A stretch of DNA of 58,543 bases from Spirochaetales bacterium (GTDB taxonomy: Bacteria > Spirochaetota > Spirochaetia > DSM-27196 > SLST01): NCBI GenBank assembly GCA_007127335.1, contig SKZO01000263.1, forward strand, positions 1 through 58,543, written 5' to 3'. Position 1 is the stretch's first letter. Every line of letters begins with the position of its first letter. The translations under genes were made by a program, and so were the position numbers. Below, in pieces: positions 24,880 to 35,887 of this stretch. A model generated the notes under the pieces. That model was not told the DNA's origin, did not search any database, and saw only the letters and a list, made by a program, of their open reading frames with translations.

Positions 24880-25935
24880 ATGGCACGCAAGAACCTGCTG
24901 AAGGGCTTCAAGCGCCCCAAAGGGATCACGTTTGAGCACAGCGAGGTGAATCCGTTCTACGGGAAGTTCGTGGCCTATCCGTTTGAGAGGGGCTATGGGA
25001 CGACGGTCGGGAACACACTGCGTCGCATTCTGCTTTCATCCATACAGGGGTACGCCGTCACGGCGATCAGGATCACTACCTACGATGCGGAGGGTACGGC
25101 GCACGTACTGTCAAGTGAGTATGAGTCTATCCCTTACGTGGTTGAGGATACCCCGGATATCATCAACAGGTTGAAACAGCTGCAGATCGAGCTGCCGGCG
25201 GATTCCGAGCAGAAGACCATCGTGATCGAGGTAAAGGGCAAGGGGGTCGTCACCGGCGCGGCGCTCGAAGTTGATCCAACGGTCCAGGTGAAGAACCGGG
25301 ATCTGACCATCATGACAATGATGGAAGATGCCAACGTGGAGATCGAGCTGCAGATCGACCTTGGTAGAGGGTACGTCCCCGCCGAGATGAACGAGAAATA
25401 CATCGAGGTGATCGGGACGATCGCGGTTGATGCGATCTTCTCACCGATTCGACGTGCACGTTACGAGGTTGAGAGCACGCGGGTTGGACAGCGCACCGAC
25501 TACGACAAGCTCATCCTGGAGATCTGGACCGACGGGACCGTCCGTCCCGAAGATGCCCTTGCCGAGGCGGCAAAGATTGCCAAGGACCATTTCACCATTT
25601 TCATCAACTTTGACGAGGATGATATTCTTGGCGATGAGGATGCCGACGAGGAAGAGGAGCGGATACGTCAGCTGCTCGAGACGCCAGTCGAGGAACTGGA
25701 ACTCAGTGTCCGGTCGAGTAACTGTCTGAAGAACGCCAATATCCGGTCAATCGGTGATCTTACTGCGCGTACCGAGGAAGATATTGCCAAGACGCGAAAC
25801 TTCGGCAAGAAGTCGCTTCAGGAGATCAAAGAGAAGCTGAATGAGTGGAATCTGAGTCTTGGTATGACCGACTACGGCCAATTGCGGCAAGCTGTCCGAA
25901 TGAAGAAGAAGAAGGACGAAGAGAATGAAGCATAG
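24880..25935 (+). CDS. rpoA: RNA polymerase alpha subunit
   Basis: [36 protein letters not shown]; spirochaete-type N-terminus [11 protein letters not shown]. Confidence 0.99.
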   Translation: MARKNLLKGFKRPKGITFEHSEVNPFYGKFVAYPFERGYGTTVGNTLRRILLSSIQGYAVTAIRITTYDAEGTAHVLSSEYESIPYVVEDTPDIINRLKQLQIELPADSEQKTIVIEVKGKGVVTGAALEVDPTVQVKNRDLTIMTMMEDANVEIELQIDLGRGYVPAEMNEKYIEVIGTIAVDAIFSPIRRARYEVESTRVGQRTDYDKLILEIWTDGTVRPEDALAEAAKIAKDHFTIFINFDEDDILGDEDADEEEERIRQLLETPVEELELSVRSSNCLKNANIRSIGDLTARTEEDIAKTRNFGKKSLQEIKEKLNEWNLSLGMTDYGQLRQAVRMKKKKDEENEA

Positions 25936-26479
25936 AGTTGGGTTCAACCGCTTAGGACGGAAGCCGGCGCACCGCAAAGCGCTGCATCGCAACATGGTGA
26001 CCTCGCTCTTCAGGCACGAGCGTATACGGACAACGAAGGCGAAGGCGCGGGAGATCCGGCGGACCGCCGAAAAAATGATAACCCGTGCAAAGGTCGATAG
26101 CGTTCACAATCGGCGGATGATCGGGCGGGATGTCAAGGATCAGGAGATCCTCGCGAAGCTGTTCGTGGAGATTGGTCCTCGATTTTCCGGTCGGCCCGGC
26201 GGCTACACGCGGATGCTGAAGATCGGTCGGCGTCGTGGCGACGCGAGCGAGATGGTGATCCTGGAGCTCGTGCGGGAAGAGGTGGCGGAGAAGAAACCGG
26301 CCAGACAGAAGAAGCGCAAGAGTGTTGTTCCCACGGCTGAGGTAAAGCCTCCGTCCGATGAAACGCCGCCCGCAGCGTCTGATTCAGCGTCGAACGATGA
26401 GGTCGGCGTTGCCGAAGAGGATGCTGCCGGTGTTGCCGATACGGACACAGCCCCGGAATCAGAAGAGCCCGAGTCGTGA
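25925..26479 (+). CDS. rplQ: 50S ribosomal protein L17 with acidic C-terminal extension
   Basis: [28 protein letters not shown], followed by a long low-complexity tail. Confidence 0.98.
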   Translation: MKHRVGFNRLGRKPAHRKALHRNMVTSLFRHERIRTTKAKAREIRRTAEKMITRAKVDSVHNRRMIGRDVKDQEILAKLFVEIGPRFSGRPGGYTRMLKIGRRRGDASEMVILELVREEVAEKKPARQKKRKSVVPTAEVKPPSDETPPAASDSASNDEVGVAEEDAAGVADTDTAPESEEPES

Positions 26480-26500
26480 GTCGGTGTTCCCGTAGACATG

Positions 26501-26528
26501 AGCCTCGCCGTTTCGGCGGGGCTTTTTT
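26501..26528 (+). terminator. Rho-independent terminator ending the ribosomal superoperon
   Basis: AGCCTCGCCG-TTT-CGGCGGGGCT followed by TTTTT. Confidence 0.9.
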
Positions 26529-26559
26529 GTTCTGTGTTCGGTGTGTCGGATCAGGAGAG

Positions 26560-26588
26560 TTGTCGATTGCGCCGATACTCAATACGAT
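26560..26588 (+). promoter_or_regulatory. Putative sigma-70 promoter for the acidic-repeat protein
   Basis: TTGTCG (26560-65), 17-nt spacer, TACGAT (26583-88). Confidence 0.6.
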
Positions 26589-26606
26589 GGGCGGTAGTGG
26601 GAGGAT

Positions 26607-29600
26607 GTGTACCCGGGTATGAGTGGAGCGCAGAAGGTCTCGCTCAGTCTCCTCGTATCGGTGCTCGTGTTCAGCGTGCTCGCGGTCCTCGCGTTTGCGG
26701 ATGGGTTCCGGATACTCGAGACTCGCTTCTACATTCCTCGTGTTGAGGAGAGCGTGCGGTTGCGCGCGAGGACGACCGCCGAGCTGTATGACCGATTCCA
26801 CGCCACAAACATCGCTCGTTTTCAGGAGTTCACGATCGAGCCCGCCGTCAGGGCGGCCTTTCGCATCAACGCCTCCGCGGCCGAGATCCGGGAGCGGCGC
26901 AATCGGTTGGATCTTCTGGATCAGCAGCTCTCGTCGCTCGACCGTGTTCGCATCATCGACGTGGCTGCCACCGAGCTCCACTACAGCTCTGATCCATCTG
27001 ACTATACCGAGACAGGCGCCCAACGTGTCTATCTCCGGCCGGACCAGGTTTCCGCAGACGAGCCGATCTCCCTTGCCTCTCTTGCCTACTACGACCGGCT
27101 TCCGGAGGTAGGATCACTACCTTCCGGCGATGCTCTTCCGGAGCCCGGGGTGTTTCTCGAACCGACGCGGAACCAGTTCATCTACCGATTGCCGGCGGTA
27201 GACGGCGCCGGCGTGATGCAGGGCGTCATGCTCTTCTATGTGAACACGCTCGACCTTCGTACAGCGATACTTCGTGCGGGACTGATGGGCATAGGAGACG
27301 TCGTACGGATCGTGAACTCGGACGGTCTGATCGCGAATGCGCCCATGCGGTTTGCCGATCGGCTCGCGGACGCGGCTGCCGACGACTGGGCGGCCATCGC
27401 CCGGGTCGACGGGCGTCGAACGCTGACGGGGGCTATACCTGTTCCCGGGAATCGGGAGTCGGATGAGCCCGTCCGGGCATCATACGAAGCGTTCGGGATG
27501 CAGAGCGACCTGGGAGGGATCCTGGTATTCCTCGAGCCATCTGCATCACTGGACATGCCGGTGCTTCTCCGGTACACGCTCCTTGCCGCTGTGTTCCTGA
27601 CGACGTTCCTGATTGTCTTTCTCCTCCTCAATCTTCGGCAGGACGCGATCATCGTCATTTCAGACCGGGTGAAACGGTTTCAGATCGCTCTCCTGCGGGA
27701 GTATATGGAAAACCGTCGGGAGGTCGACTTCCGTCGGTGGAAATCCGAGCTCGAGGACAGGCGGGAGGAGGTTCAGCGGGAGATCCGTCGCGGTATAGGG
27801 CGCGTGAAGCCTGCCCAGGAAGAGGAGGTCGACCGGCTGATCAACCAGAGTTGGGATGAGATCATCGCCGTGTTGAGCAGTCGTGCCGAAGAGCGTCCCA
27901 GTGCAGCTATCGATGTCGACAGGATCGAGGAGATCGTGAAGCAGCTGACCGCTCGGTTCGCTCAGATGCAGAGCGCATCACCAGTATCGCCTGCGGCCAT
28001 CCAGGCGCAGCCGCCGAGTGCACCTCAGCCCGTGGAAGTCGAAGAGGTCGACGAGGCGAAAGAGGTCGACGAGGCGGAAGAAGTCGACGAGGTAGAAGAA
28101 GTCGACGAGGCGGAAGAAGTCGACGAGATAGAGGAGGTCGACGAGGCGGAAGAAGTCGACGAGATAGAAGAAGTCGACGAGGCGGAAGAAGTCGACGAGA
28201 TAGAAGAGGTCGACGAGATAGAAGAGATCGACGAGGCGGAAGAGATCGACGAGGCGGAGGAAGTCGACGAGATAGAAGAGGTCGACGAGGCGGAAGAAGT
28301 CGACGAGATAGAAGAAGTCGACGAGGCGGAGGAAGTCGACGAGATAGAAGAAGTCGACGAGGCGGAAGAAGTCGACGAGATAGAAGAAGTCGACGAGGCG
28401 GAAGAAGTCGACGAGATAGAAGAGGTCGACGAGGCGGAGCCCGTAGTCGGTCTTGATAGTCTCGATGAGCACGCTGAGCTCGAGTGGCTCGCACGGTCTG
28501 AGTCCGCGCAGCTGCCCGGACCACGATTCCGCAGTGCCGGCAATGGAGGCGCCGATGCTGTTGGCGATGAAGTTGCCGCGGGCGGCGAGCTCGGTGAGGA
28601 AGAGTCCCCGCAGCAGGAGCCGCGGGAAACAGCTCAGGAGAGCGACGATCGTGCGGAGTTGGTCGACCTCGAGACAGTTGGGCTCGGTGGTTCAACCGAG
28701 TACGACGAGTTGCCTGAGGAGGTCGAGGAGGTCGAGGAGGTCGAGGCCGAACTCGAGGAGCTCGAAGGAGAAGCGATCGATACGGGCGAACCACTCGAGA
28801 TGCTGGAGGCGGCCGAGGCTGAGGAACCGATAGAGGCTGAAGAGGAGGCGGTGGTAGCAGAATCGCTGTCAGCCGCAGTTGGTGCTACGACTACCTTTGG
28901 CGGGGCCCTCTTTGCCTTCGGGCGTGGGACCATGGGGTCGGCTGCGCCTCCAAGGGTCGAGACGTTGGCTGGAGATGAGCTATCGCGCGCCGAGCGTGAT
29001 TCCGAGGCAGCTGGTCGGCATGCAGAGCAGCAGGGCGAGCGATCGCGGCCGGCTGCACAGACGTCGAACGATGGTGCCGGAACCGCCGGTCTGATCCGTT
29101 TCACCTCTGCACGAGAGGGTAGTACGGCTGACTATGAGATCGCGACGATTGGAGACGTGCTGAATCGTCTTCACGTTGACAAGGGAGTCCTCCTGGAACG
29201 GGACGGAGTGGTCGAGATTGAGCGTGAGGCGTACGGGGATCGACCTCTTACCAAGGATGAAGAGCTTCGCGATCTCGTAGACTCCGTGACAAACCCGGAG
29301 ACGGATGACGTGCGGTCGGGGATTGAGCAGTTGTTCGGCGACGGGGTCGATGATCTGCTGCCTGGTGCACGAAGCATTGGCGATGCCGAGCCGCAGGAGG
29401 CACGAAGCGCCGGCGAGTCGGTCTTTCGGTTCGTGGAGCAAGGGGTAGACTACGATGCTTTCCTGAGGGGCTACCAGAGCAACGATGGCGGAGTTCTGAA
29501 GTCGCTTGTCCGGTTTACCCGTCTCTGGGGCGCCCGCGTAGGCGTCGTCTTCCTGGAAGACGAAGACGGCCTGGTTCCTTCATATCAGTTGGGGTTGCAT

Positions 29601-29894
29601 GCGAGGTGCGCAGAGGCCATGAAGATCACCCGCAGCAGCGGGCTGTACAGGAATGTCCTGGCGAAACGCTATACGCTGTTTGTTCGCAGGCCGCTGGTGA
29701 CCGTGGAGTACTTCGAAGGTCTCTGTGAACCCGAACAACTGGCAGTACTCGAGCGCTCGCTCTTCCTTCCACTGGTGTTTCGTAAGGAGCGGGCATATGT
29801 TCTGCTGGGACTTCCGCGATCCGTTGATTCGCTCGACGCCGCGTTTCGGAACGTCACCCCACACCTTGGGAGGCTGCAGAGAGTCTCGCCCTGA
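26607..29894 (+). CDS. Large membrane protein: TM, periplasmic domain, TM, coiled coil, acidic repeat region, GAF-like C-terminus
   Basis: 1095-aa ORF with two hydrophobic helices (SLLVSVLVFSVLAVLAF; TLLAAVFLTTFLIVFLLL), (EEVDE[A/I])n, and a C-terminal alpha/beta domain. Start may be ATG 26619. Confidence 0.85.
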   Translation: MYPGMSGAQKVSLSLLVSVLVFSVLAVLAFADGFRILETRFYIPRVEESVRLRARTTAELYDRFHATNIARFQEFTIEPAVRAAFRINASAAEIRERRNRLDLLDQQLSSLDRVRIIDVAATELHYSSDPSDYTETGAQRVYLRPDQVSADEPISLASLAYYDRLPEVGSLPSGDALPEPGVFLEPTRNQFIYRLPAVDGAGVMQGVMLFYVNTLDLRTAILRAGLMGIGDVVRIVNSDGLIANAPMRFADRLADAAADDWAAIARVDGRRTLTGAIPVPGNRESDEPVRASYEAFGMQSDLGGILVFLEPSASLDMPVLLRYTLLAAVFLTTFLIVFLLLNLRQDAIIVISDRVKRFQIALLREYMENRREVDFRRWKSELEDRREEVQREIRRGIGRVKPAQEEEVDRLINQSWDEIIAVLSSRAEERPSAAIDVDRIEEIVKQLTARFAQMQSASPVSPAAIQAQPPSAPQPVEVEEVDEAKEVDEAEEVDEVEEVDEAEEVDEIEEVDEAEEVDEIEEVDEAEEVDEIEEVDEIEEIDEAEEIDEAEEVDEIEEVDEAEEVDEIEEVDEAEEVDEIEEVDEAEEVDEIEEVDEAEEVDEIEEVDEAEPVVGLDSLDEHAELEWLARSESAQLPGPRFRSAGNGGADAVGDEVAAGGELGEEESPQQEPRETAQESDDRAELVDLETVGLGGSTEYDELPEEVEEVEEVEAELEELEGEAIDTGEPLEMLEAAEAEEPIEAEEEAVVAESLSAAVGATTTFGGALFAFGRGTMGSAAPPRVETLAGDELSRAERDSEAAGRHAEQQGERSRPAAQTSNDGAGTAGLIRFTSAREGSTADYEIATIGDVLNRLHVDKGVLLERDGVVEIEREAYGDRPLTKDEELRDLVDSVTNPETDDVRSGIEQLFGDGVDDLLPGARSIGDAEPQEARSAGESVFRFVEQGVDYDAFLRGYQSNDGGVLKSLVRFTRLWGARVGVVFLEDEDGLVPSYQLGLHARCAEAMKITRSSGLYRNVLAKRYTLFVRRPLVTVEYFEGLCEPEQLAVLERSLFLPLVFRKERAYVLLGLPRSVDSLDAAFRNVTPHLGRLQRVSP
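28041..28436 (+). repeat. Intragenic tandem repeat, 22 x 18 bp, encoding EEVDE(A/I)
   Basis: Unit consensus GAA GAR GTC GAC GAG (GCG/ATA), largely alternating A and I variants; units counted from the translation. Confidence 0.97.
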
Positions 29895-29903
29895 TCGTTC
29901 AGT

Positions 29904-30443
29904 TCAGTCGTGCTCTTCGTTGTCTCCGGGAACCTCCGCATCCTCGTCGATGAGCTCGCTCTCGGGTACAATGTGGGCACGCAATGCGTCGGCGAGCCCG
30001 TCGATGTCTTCGCCCGCGAGCGAGAGCAGCCTGATGCCGCTTCTCGAGGCGATCTCCTGCTCAAGGGCCTCCATACCGTTGTACTGAGGAGGAATCGTCA
30101 GAAGACGGTCGTCGGCCTCTGCGTAGACGAAGAGTTCCCGGTAGCCGTGGTCTGTGGTGTACCATCCGGCGTGGGTGAGGTCGTCCCACCCCAGGCTCGA
30201 CTCGGTACCAGTGGCGGTGGCGCAGACGAGCCCCTCGTCTGTCGTTCGGATGTGGCTCTTGAGGGTGTTGACAAAGTACTTCATGAGAAAATATGAGAAG
30301 TACCCGACGACTGCCAGAACCACTATGCCGAGCAAGACATGGTGGAAGACGATGATGGCGATCGATCCAAGCGTAAGGGCGAGTGCCAGGAGTGGGATGA
30401 GAAGGCTCTTGACGTTTCGGCGCAGCTGAAACTTGTAGACCAT
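29904..30443 (-). CDS. Hypothetical membrane protein (2 TM plus a possible PH-like soluble domain)
   Basis: Two N-terminal TM helices, then a beta-rich segment (IRTTDEGL...LGWDDL) and an acidic tail. Confidence 0.7.
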   Translation of the reverse strand: MVYKFQLRRNVKSLLIPLLALALTLGSIAIIVFHHVLLGIVVLAVVGYFSYFLMKYFVNTLKSHIRTTDEGLVCATATGTESSLGWDDLTHAGWYTTDHGYRELFVYAEADDRLLTIPPQYNGMEALEQEIASRSGIRLLSLAGEDIDGLADALRAHIVPESELIDEDAEVPGDNEEHD

Positions 30444-30500
30444 GGCGCATGCTATCCCGGGTACCGGGGTCGGTCAACCAGCGGAGGCGGCAACCGCTGC

Positions 30501-30529
30501 TTGGCCCGTCAAGGCGGAGGTGGTACGAT
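30501..30529 (+). promoter_or_regulatory. Putative promoter of rnhA
   Basis: TTGGCC, 17-nt spacer, TACGAT, with an extended -10 TG at 30521-22. Confidence 0.55.
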
Positions 30530-30534
30530 ACCAT

Positions 30535-31005
30535 GTGCAACGTGTTGATATATACACCGATGGCGGGTGCCACGGAAACCCCGGTCCAGGGGCCTGGGCC
30601 TATGTGATACGTCCCGTGGGCACCGGCAACGCCGAGCTGAGAGAGGATGCCGGTCATGATCCCGAGACAACCAACAACCGGATGGAGCTCGAAGCGGTCA
30701 TCCGAGCATTGCGGGCAGTCACCGATGACTACGGCCCGCAGGTCGACGTTACCGTTCACACCGATTCCCAGTACGTTCGGAACGGGATTACGACGTGGAT
30801 TTCGACCTGGATGAAGAATGGATGGAGGACTTCGGCTCGGAAACCGGTAAAAAACCAGGATCGGTGGGTTCGTCTGCACGAGTTGACGCTTCTCGTCAAG
30901 CCGCGCTGGGTGTGGGTCCAGGGGCACTCGGGCAATGAGCTGAACGAACGCTGCGACAGACTCGTGCAGCAGGAGATCGCCCGACTGGCCCGTCGACCGC
31001 GGTAG
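30535..31005 (+). CDS. rnhA: Ribonuclease HI
   Basis: YTDGGCHGNPGPG, TTNNRMEL, TDSQYV, VKNQD, GHSGNELNERCD. Start placed at GTG 30535. Confidence 0.97.
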   Translation: MQRVDIYTDGGCHGNPGPGAWAYVIRPVGTGNAELREDAGHDPETTNNRMELEAVIRALRAVTDDYGPQVDVTVHTDSQYVRNGITTWISTWMKNGWRTSARKPVKNQDRWVRLHELTLLVKPRWVWVQGHSGNELNERCDRLVQQEIARLARRPR

Positions 31006-31041
31006 TTTCGAAGAGCCCGGCCCTTTCAGGGGGTATACCCG

Positions 31042-32601
31042 GTGGGGGGCCTCGTGACGATCTACTCATACGCGCCAGGCGGGTACCGCGGGCACGTTGT
31101 TGCCGTGGAGGTTGATTGCCGGACGGGCATTCCGGGGATGGATATCGTCGGGCTTCCCGCGAGCGAGGTGCGTGAGGCTCGTGAGCGGGCTCGCGTCGCG
31201 ATTCGTAACAGTGGGTTCGAGTTTCCCGCGAGGCGAATACTGGTCAGCCTCTCTCCCGCCGACGTACCGAAGATCGGCAATGGGTTCGATCTCGCGATTG
31301 CCGCGGCGATACTCTATGGGTCGGGCCAGTTGTCGGGGCTTGCCAACGCGTCGATCCTGATGATCGGGGAGCTGCATCTCGACGGTGCTGTCGGACCTGT
31401 CCGAGGCACGCTCGCAGCGGTCGCAGAGGGTCGGGACGCAGGTATGCACGGCTTCGTCGTCCCATCGTCCAACCTTGCTGAAGCACGATCGGTTGAAACG
31501 CGGACGTCCGGGATAGGGCGACTGCGGGAGCTGCCCAACGCGCTCGAGATGCTCGAACACAGCGCAGATCGCCGTCCCGAGCCCGGGATCCTGCCGACGA
31601 CACCGGCCGAGCCGGCTCCCGGAACGATGCTGCGGGACTATCGTGAGCTCCGCGGGCAGAGCGATCTCAAACGTGTGCTCGAGATCGCGGCCGCAGGGGG
31701 GCACCATGCCCTAGTCGTCGGACCTCCCGGCGGCGGCAAGAGCGCCGCCATTGGCCTGTATCCGACCATTGCTTTGCCATTGTCGCGCGATGAATCGATC
31801 GAGGTGACCCGGATCCATTCACTCGCCGGCGAGACCGCCCGGCGACACGGGCTGCTCGAGCATCGTCCATTCCGTGCGCCACACCACAACGCCTCGACCG
31901 AAGGTCTGCTCGGCGGACGCATGCCCCATGTGCCGGGCGAGGTGGCACTCGCGCACCGCGGCACGCTCTTCCTCGACGAAGCGCTGGAGTTCAGGCGTCC
32001 CGTGCTGCAGGGGCTTCGTGAGCCGCTTGAGCACCACCGCGTTCGAGTCGTTCGCGCCAAGGGAAACTACTGGTTCCCTGCTGCGATCCAGCTCCTGTTG
32101 GCGACCAATCAGTGTCCGTGCGGCTTGCTCGGGCGCAGCGACAGGGAGTGTCTGTGCAGCCTTGCGGAAGTCGATCGCTACTGGAGGAGACTCGGGGGGC
32201 CTCTGCTCGATCGGATCGATCTGCGCGTGCACGTCGCGCCGTTGCCTCTTGAGGCGCTGCCCGAAACGGACTCGTCGGCAGCGATCGCATGCCGGGTGCG
32301 CAGGGCAGGTGAGTTTCGGGTTCGGGTTCGTCGGCAGGCGAAACAGAACCGGGACCTCACGGCACTAGAGGCCGGGTCCGAGCAAGCGCTCTGTGGGGCG
32401 GCACGGGAGGCCTTCGCCGTGGCATCGAGCAGGCTGTGCCTGTCCACACGCGCCTCGCTCTCGGTGTTGCGGGTCGCACGTACCGTCGCCGATCTCGACG
32501 GCGCGCTCCGGATCCGGGAGGAACACGTGCTCGAGGCCGTCTCGTACCGGCGCTATGGCGAACAGCGGCCGCTGTGGGAGCCTGAGGATGGATCTCGTTG
32601 A
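31042..32601 (+). CDS. comM: YifB/ComM family Mg-chelatase-like AAA+ ATPase
   Basis: GLPASEVREARER, Walker A GPPGGGKS, LAHRGTLFLDE, NQCPCG, GPLLDRIDL. Confidence 0.92.
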   Translation: MGGLVTIYSYAPGGYRGHVVAVEVDCRTGIPGMDIVGLPASEVREARERARVAIRNSGFEFPARRILVSLSPADVPKIGNGFDLAIAAAILYGSGQLSGLANASILMIGELHLDGAVGPVRGTLAAVAEGRDAGMHGFVVPSSNLAEARSVETRTSGIGRLRELPNALEMLEHSADRRPEPGILPTTPAEPAPGTMLRDYRELRGQSDLKRVLEIAAAGGHHALVVGPPGGGKSAAIGLYPTIALPLSRDESIEVTRIHSLAGETARRHGLLEHRPFRAPHHNASTEGLLGGRMPHVPGEVALAHRGTLFLDEALEFRRPVLQGLREPLEHHRVRVVRAKGNYWFPAAIQLLLATNQCPCGLLGRSDRECLCSLAEVDRYWRRLGGPLLDRIDLRVHVAPLPLEALPETDSSAAIACRVRRAGEFRVRVRRQAKQNRDLTALEAGSEQALCGAAREAFAVASSRLCLSTRASLSVLRVARTVADLDGALRIREEHVLEAVSYRRYGEQRPLWEPEDGSR

Positions 32602-32656
32602 TGCGGGGGCCTTGGCTTCCCGCGATGCGTGCAGATATATTGTGAGCGAGGCCCGG

Positions 32657-33880
32657 ATGAAGCTCTACAGTCGCGGACAACTCATTCTCGTCTCTGTTGC
32701 GTCCGGGTTCATCGTCCTGGTGCTTGCCGTCGGTCTCGGTCTGTCAGGCAGTTCCGACACGACGTCCCACCCTGCGTCGACCGAATGGGGTGAGCCGACG
32801 TTCCAGCTCGAACCGGGTCCCGAGCGGTCTTCCGTCGTGCCCGTGGCGCCAGGTGACGGGCTCAGCGCGGACGAGCTCGAGACGATCCGGCTGTTCGAGA
32901 AGCGTAACGATGGAGTCGTGAATATCTCGACACAGCGACTGACGCTGAACTGGTTTCTCGAGGCGGTTCCTCAGCAGGGCCAGTCCGGTTCCGGCAGCAT
33001 CATCGACCGCAGGGGCTACGTGCTGACGAACAACCATGTAGTCGATGGCGCAGCGGGAATCAACATCACGCTCGCGGATGGAACGACGCTGAACGGCGAG
33101 GTCGTCGGCACGGACCTGGAGAATGACCTCGCGGTTCTCAAGTTCGATCCACAGGGTCGTGAGCTCACGACCATCCCTCTTGGACGTTCCGAGGACCTTC
33201 GTGTCGGACAGAGAGTGATGGCGATCGGGAATCCATTCGCGATTGGACGCACGTTGACCACCGGCGTCATTTCCGGGCTCGGGCGGAGTATTCGCGGGCA
33301 TGATACCTACATCATCAATGGGCTCATACAGACCGACGCGAGCATCAACCCCGGCAACTCAGGTGGTCCACTGCTCGATTCGCGGGGAGACATGATCGGG
33401 ATCAACACGATGATCTATACACAGAGCGGCGGCTCGATCGGGATCGGGTTTGCGGTGCCGGTGGATACCGCCCGCCGGGTGGTCCCGGACCTCATTGAGT
33501 TCGGAACCGTGCGCCGGGGATGGATAGAGGTCTCACCCGTGCAGATCTTTCCCCAGCTCGTACGGTATGCACGCCTACCGGTCGACGAGGGGCTGCTGAT
33601 CTCTCAGGTGCAGCCCGGTGGCAATGCCGATGAGGCCGGCCTGCGGGGTGGCACGACCCGCCAACCGCCCATCCAGAGTCGTGGCACGACGATTTACCTC
33701 GGCGGCGACATCATCGTCGAGGTACACGGTACGCCGGTTCAGACACTTGCGCACCTGTTCGAAGCGCTCGAAGACACACGCCCGGGGCAGACGGTGGAGG
33801 TCGTCTACGTGCGGGGTTCTCGCACACGTCGAACCGAGGTCACGCTCGTCGAACGACCCGCGAGACTCCGACTCGAGTAG
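32657..33880 (+). CDS. htrA: HtrA/DegP-like S1C serine protease with one PDZ domain
   Basis: N-terminal TM; catalytic triad in LTNNHVV, ENDLAV and NPGNSGG; C-terminal PDZ. Start ATG 32657; possible promoter TTGGCT-18-TATATT at 32612-41. Confidence 0.93.
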   Translation: MKLYSRGQLILVSVASGFIVLVLAVGLGLSGSSDTTSHPASTEWGEPTFQLEPGPERSSVVPVAPGDGLSADELETIRLFEKRNDGVVNISTQRLTLNWFLEAVPQQGQSGSGSIIDRRGYVLTNNHVVDGAAGINITLADGTTLNGEVVGTDLENDLAVLKFDPQGRELTTIPLGRSEDLRVGQRVMAIGNPFAIGRTLTTGVISGLGRSIRGHDTYIINGLIQTDASINPGNSGGPLLDSRGDMIGINTMIYTQSGGSIGIGFAVPVDTARRVVPDLIEFGTVRRGWIEVSPVQIFPQLVRYARLPVDEGLLISQVQPGGNADEAGLRGGTTRQPPIQSRGTTIYLGGDIIVEVHGTPVQTLAHLFEALEDTRPGQTVEVVYVRGSRTRRTEVTLVERPARLRLE

Positions 33881-33889
33881 GCGTCGAAC

Positions 33890-35887
<1,998 letters not shown>

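Noticed and set aside
28041-28436. Possible CRISPR array
   Set aside because: Units are contiguous with no unique spacers, lie in frame in a CDS, and there are no cas genes.
27907-28794. Repetitive ORFs on the minus strand (RRLLLSRR, LVDFFRLVDFFY, SSTSS)
   Set aside because: Alternative readings of the same 18-bp repeat; the plus-strand frame is continuous with the rest of the protein.
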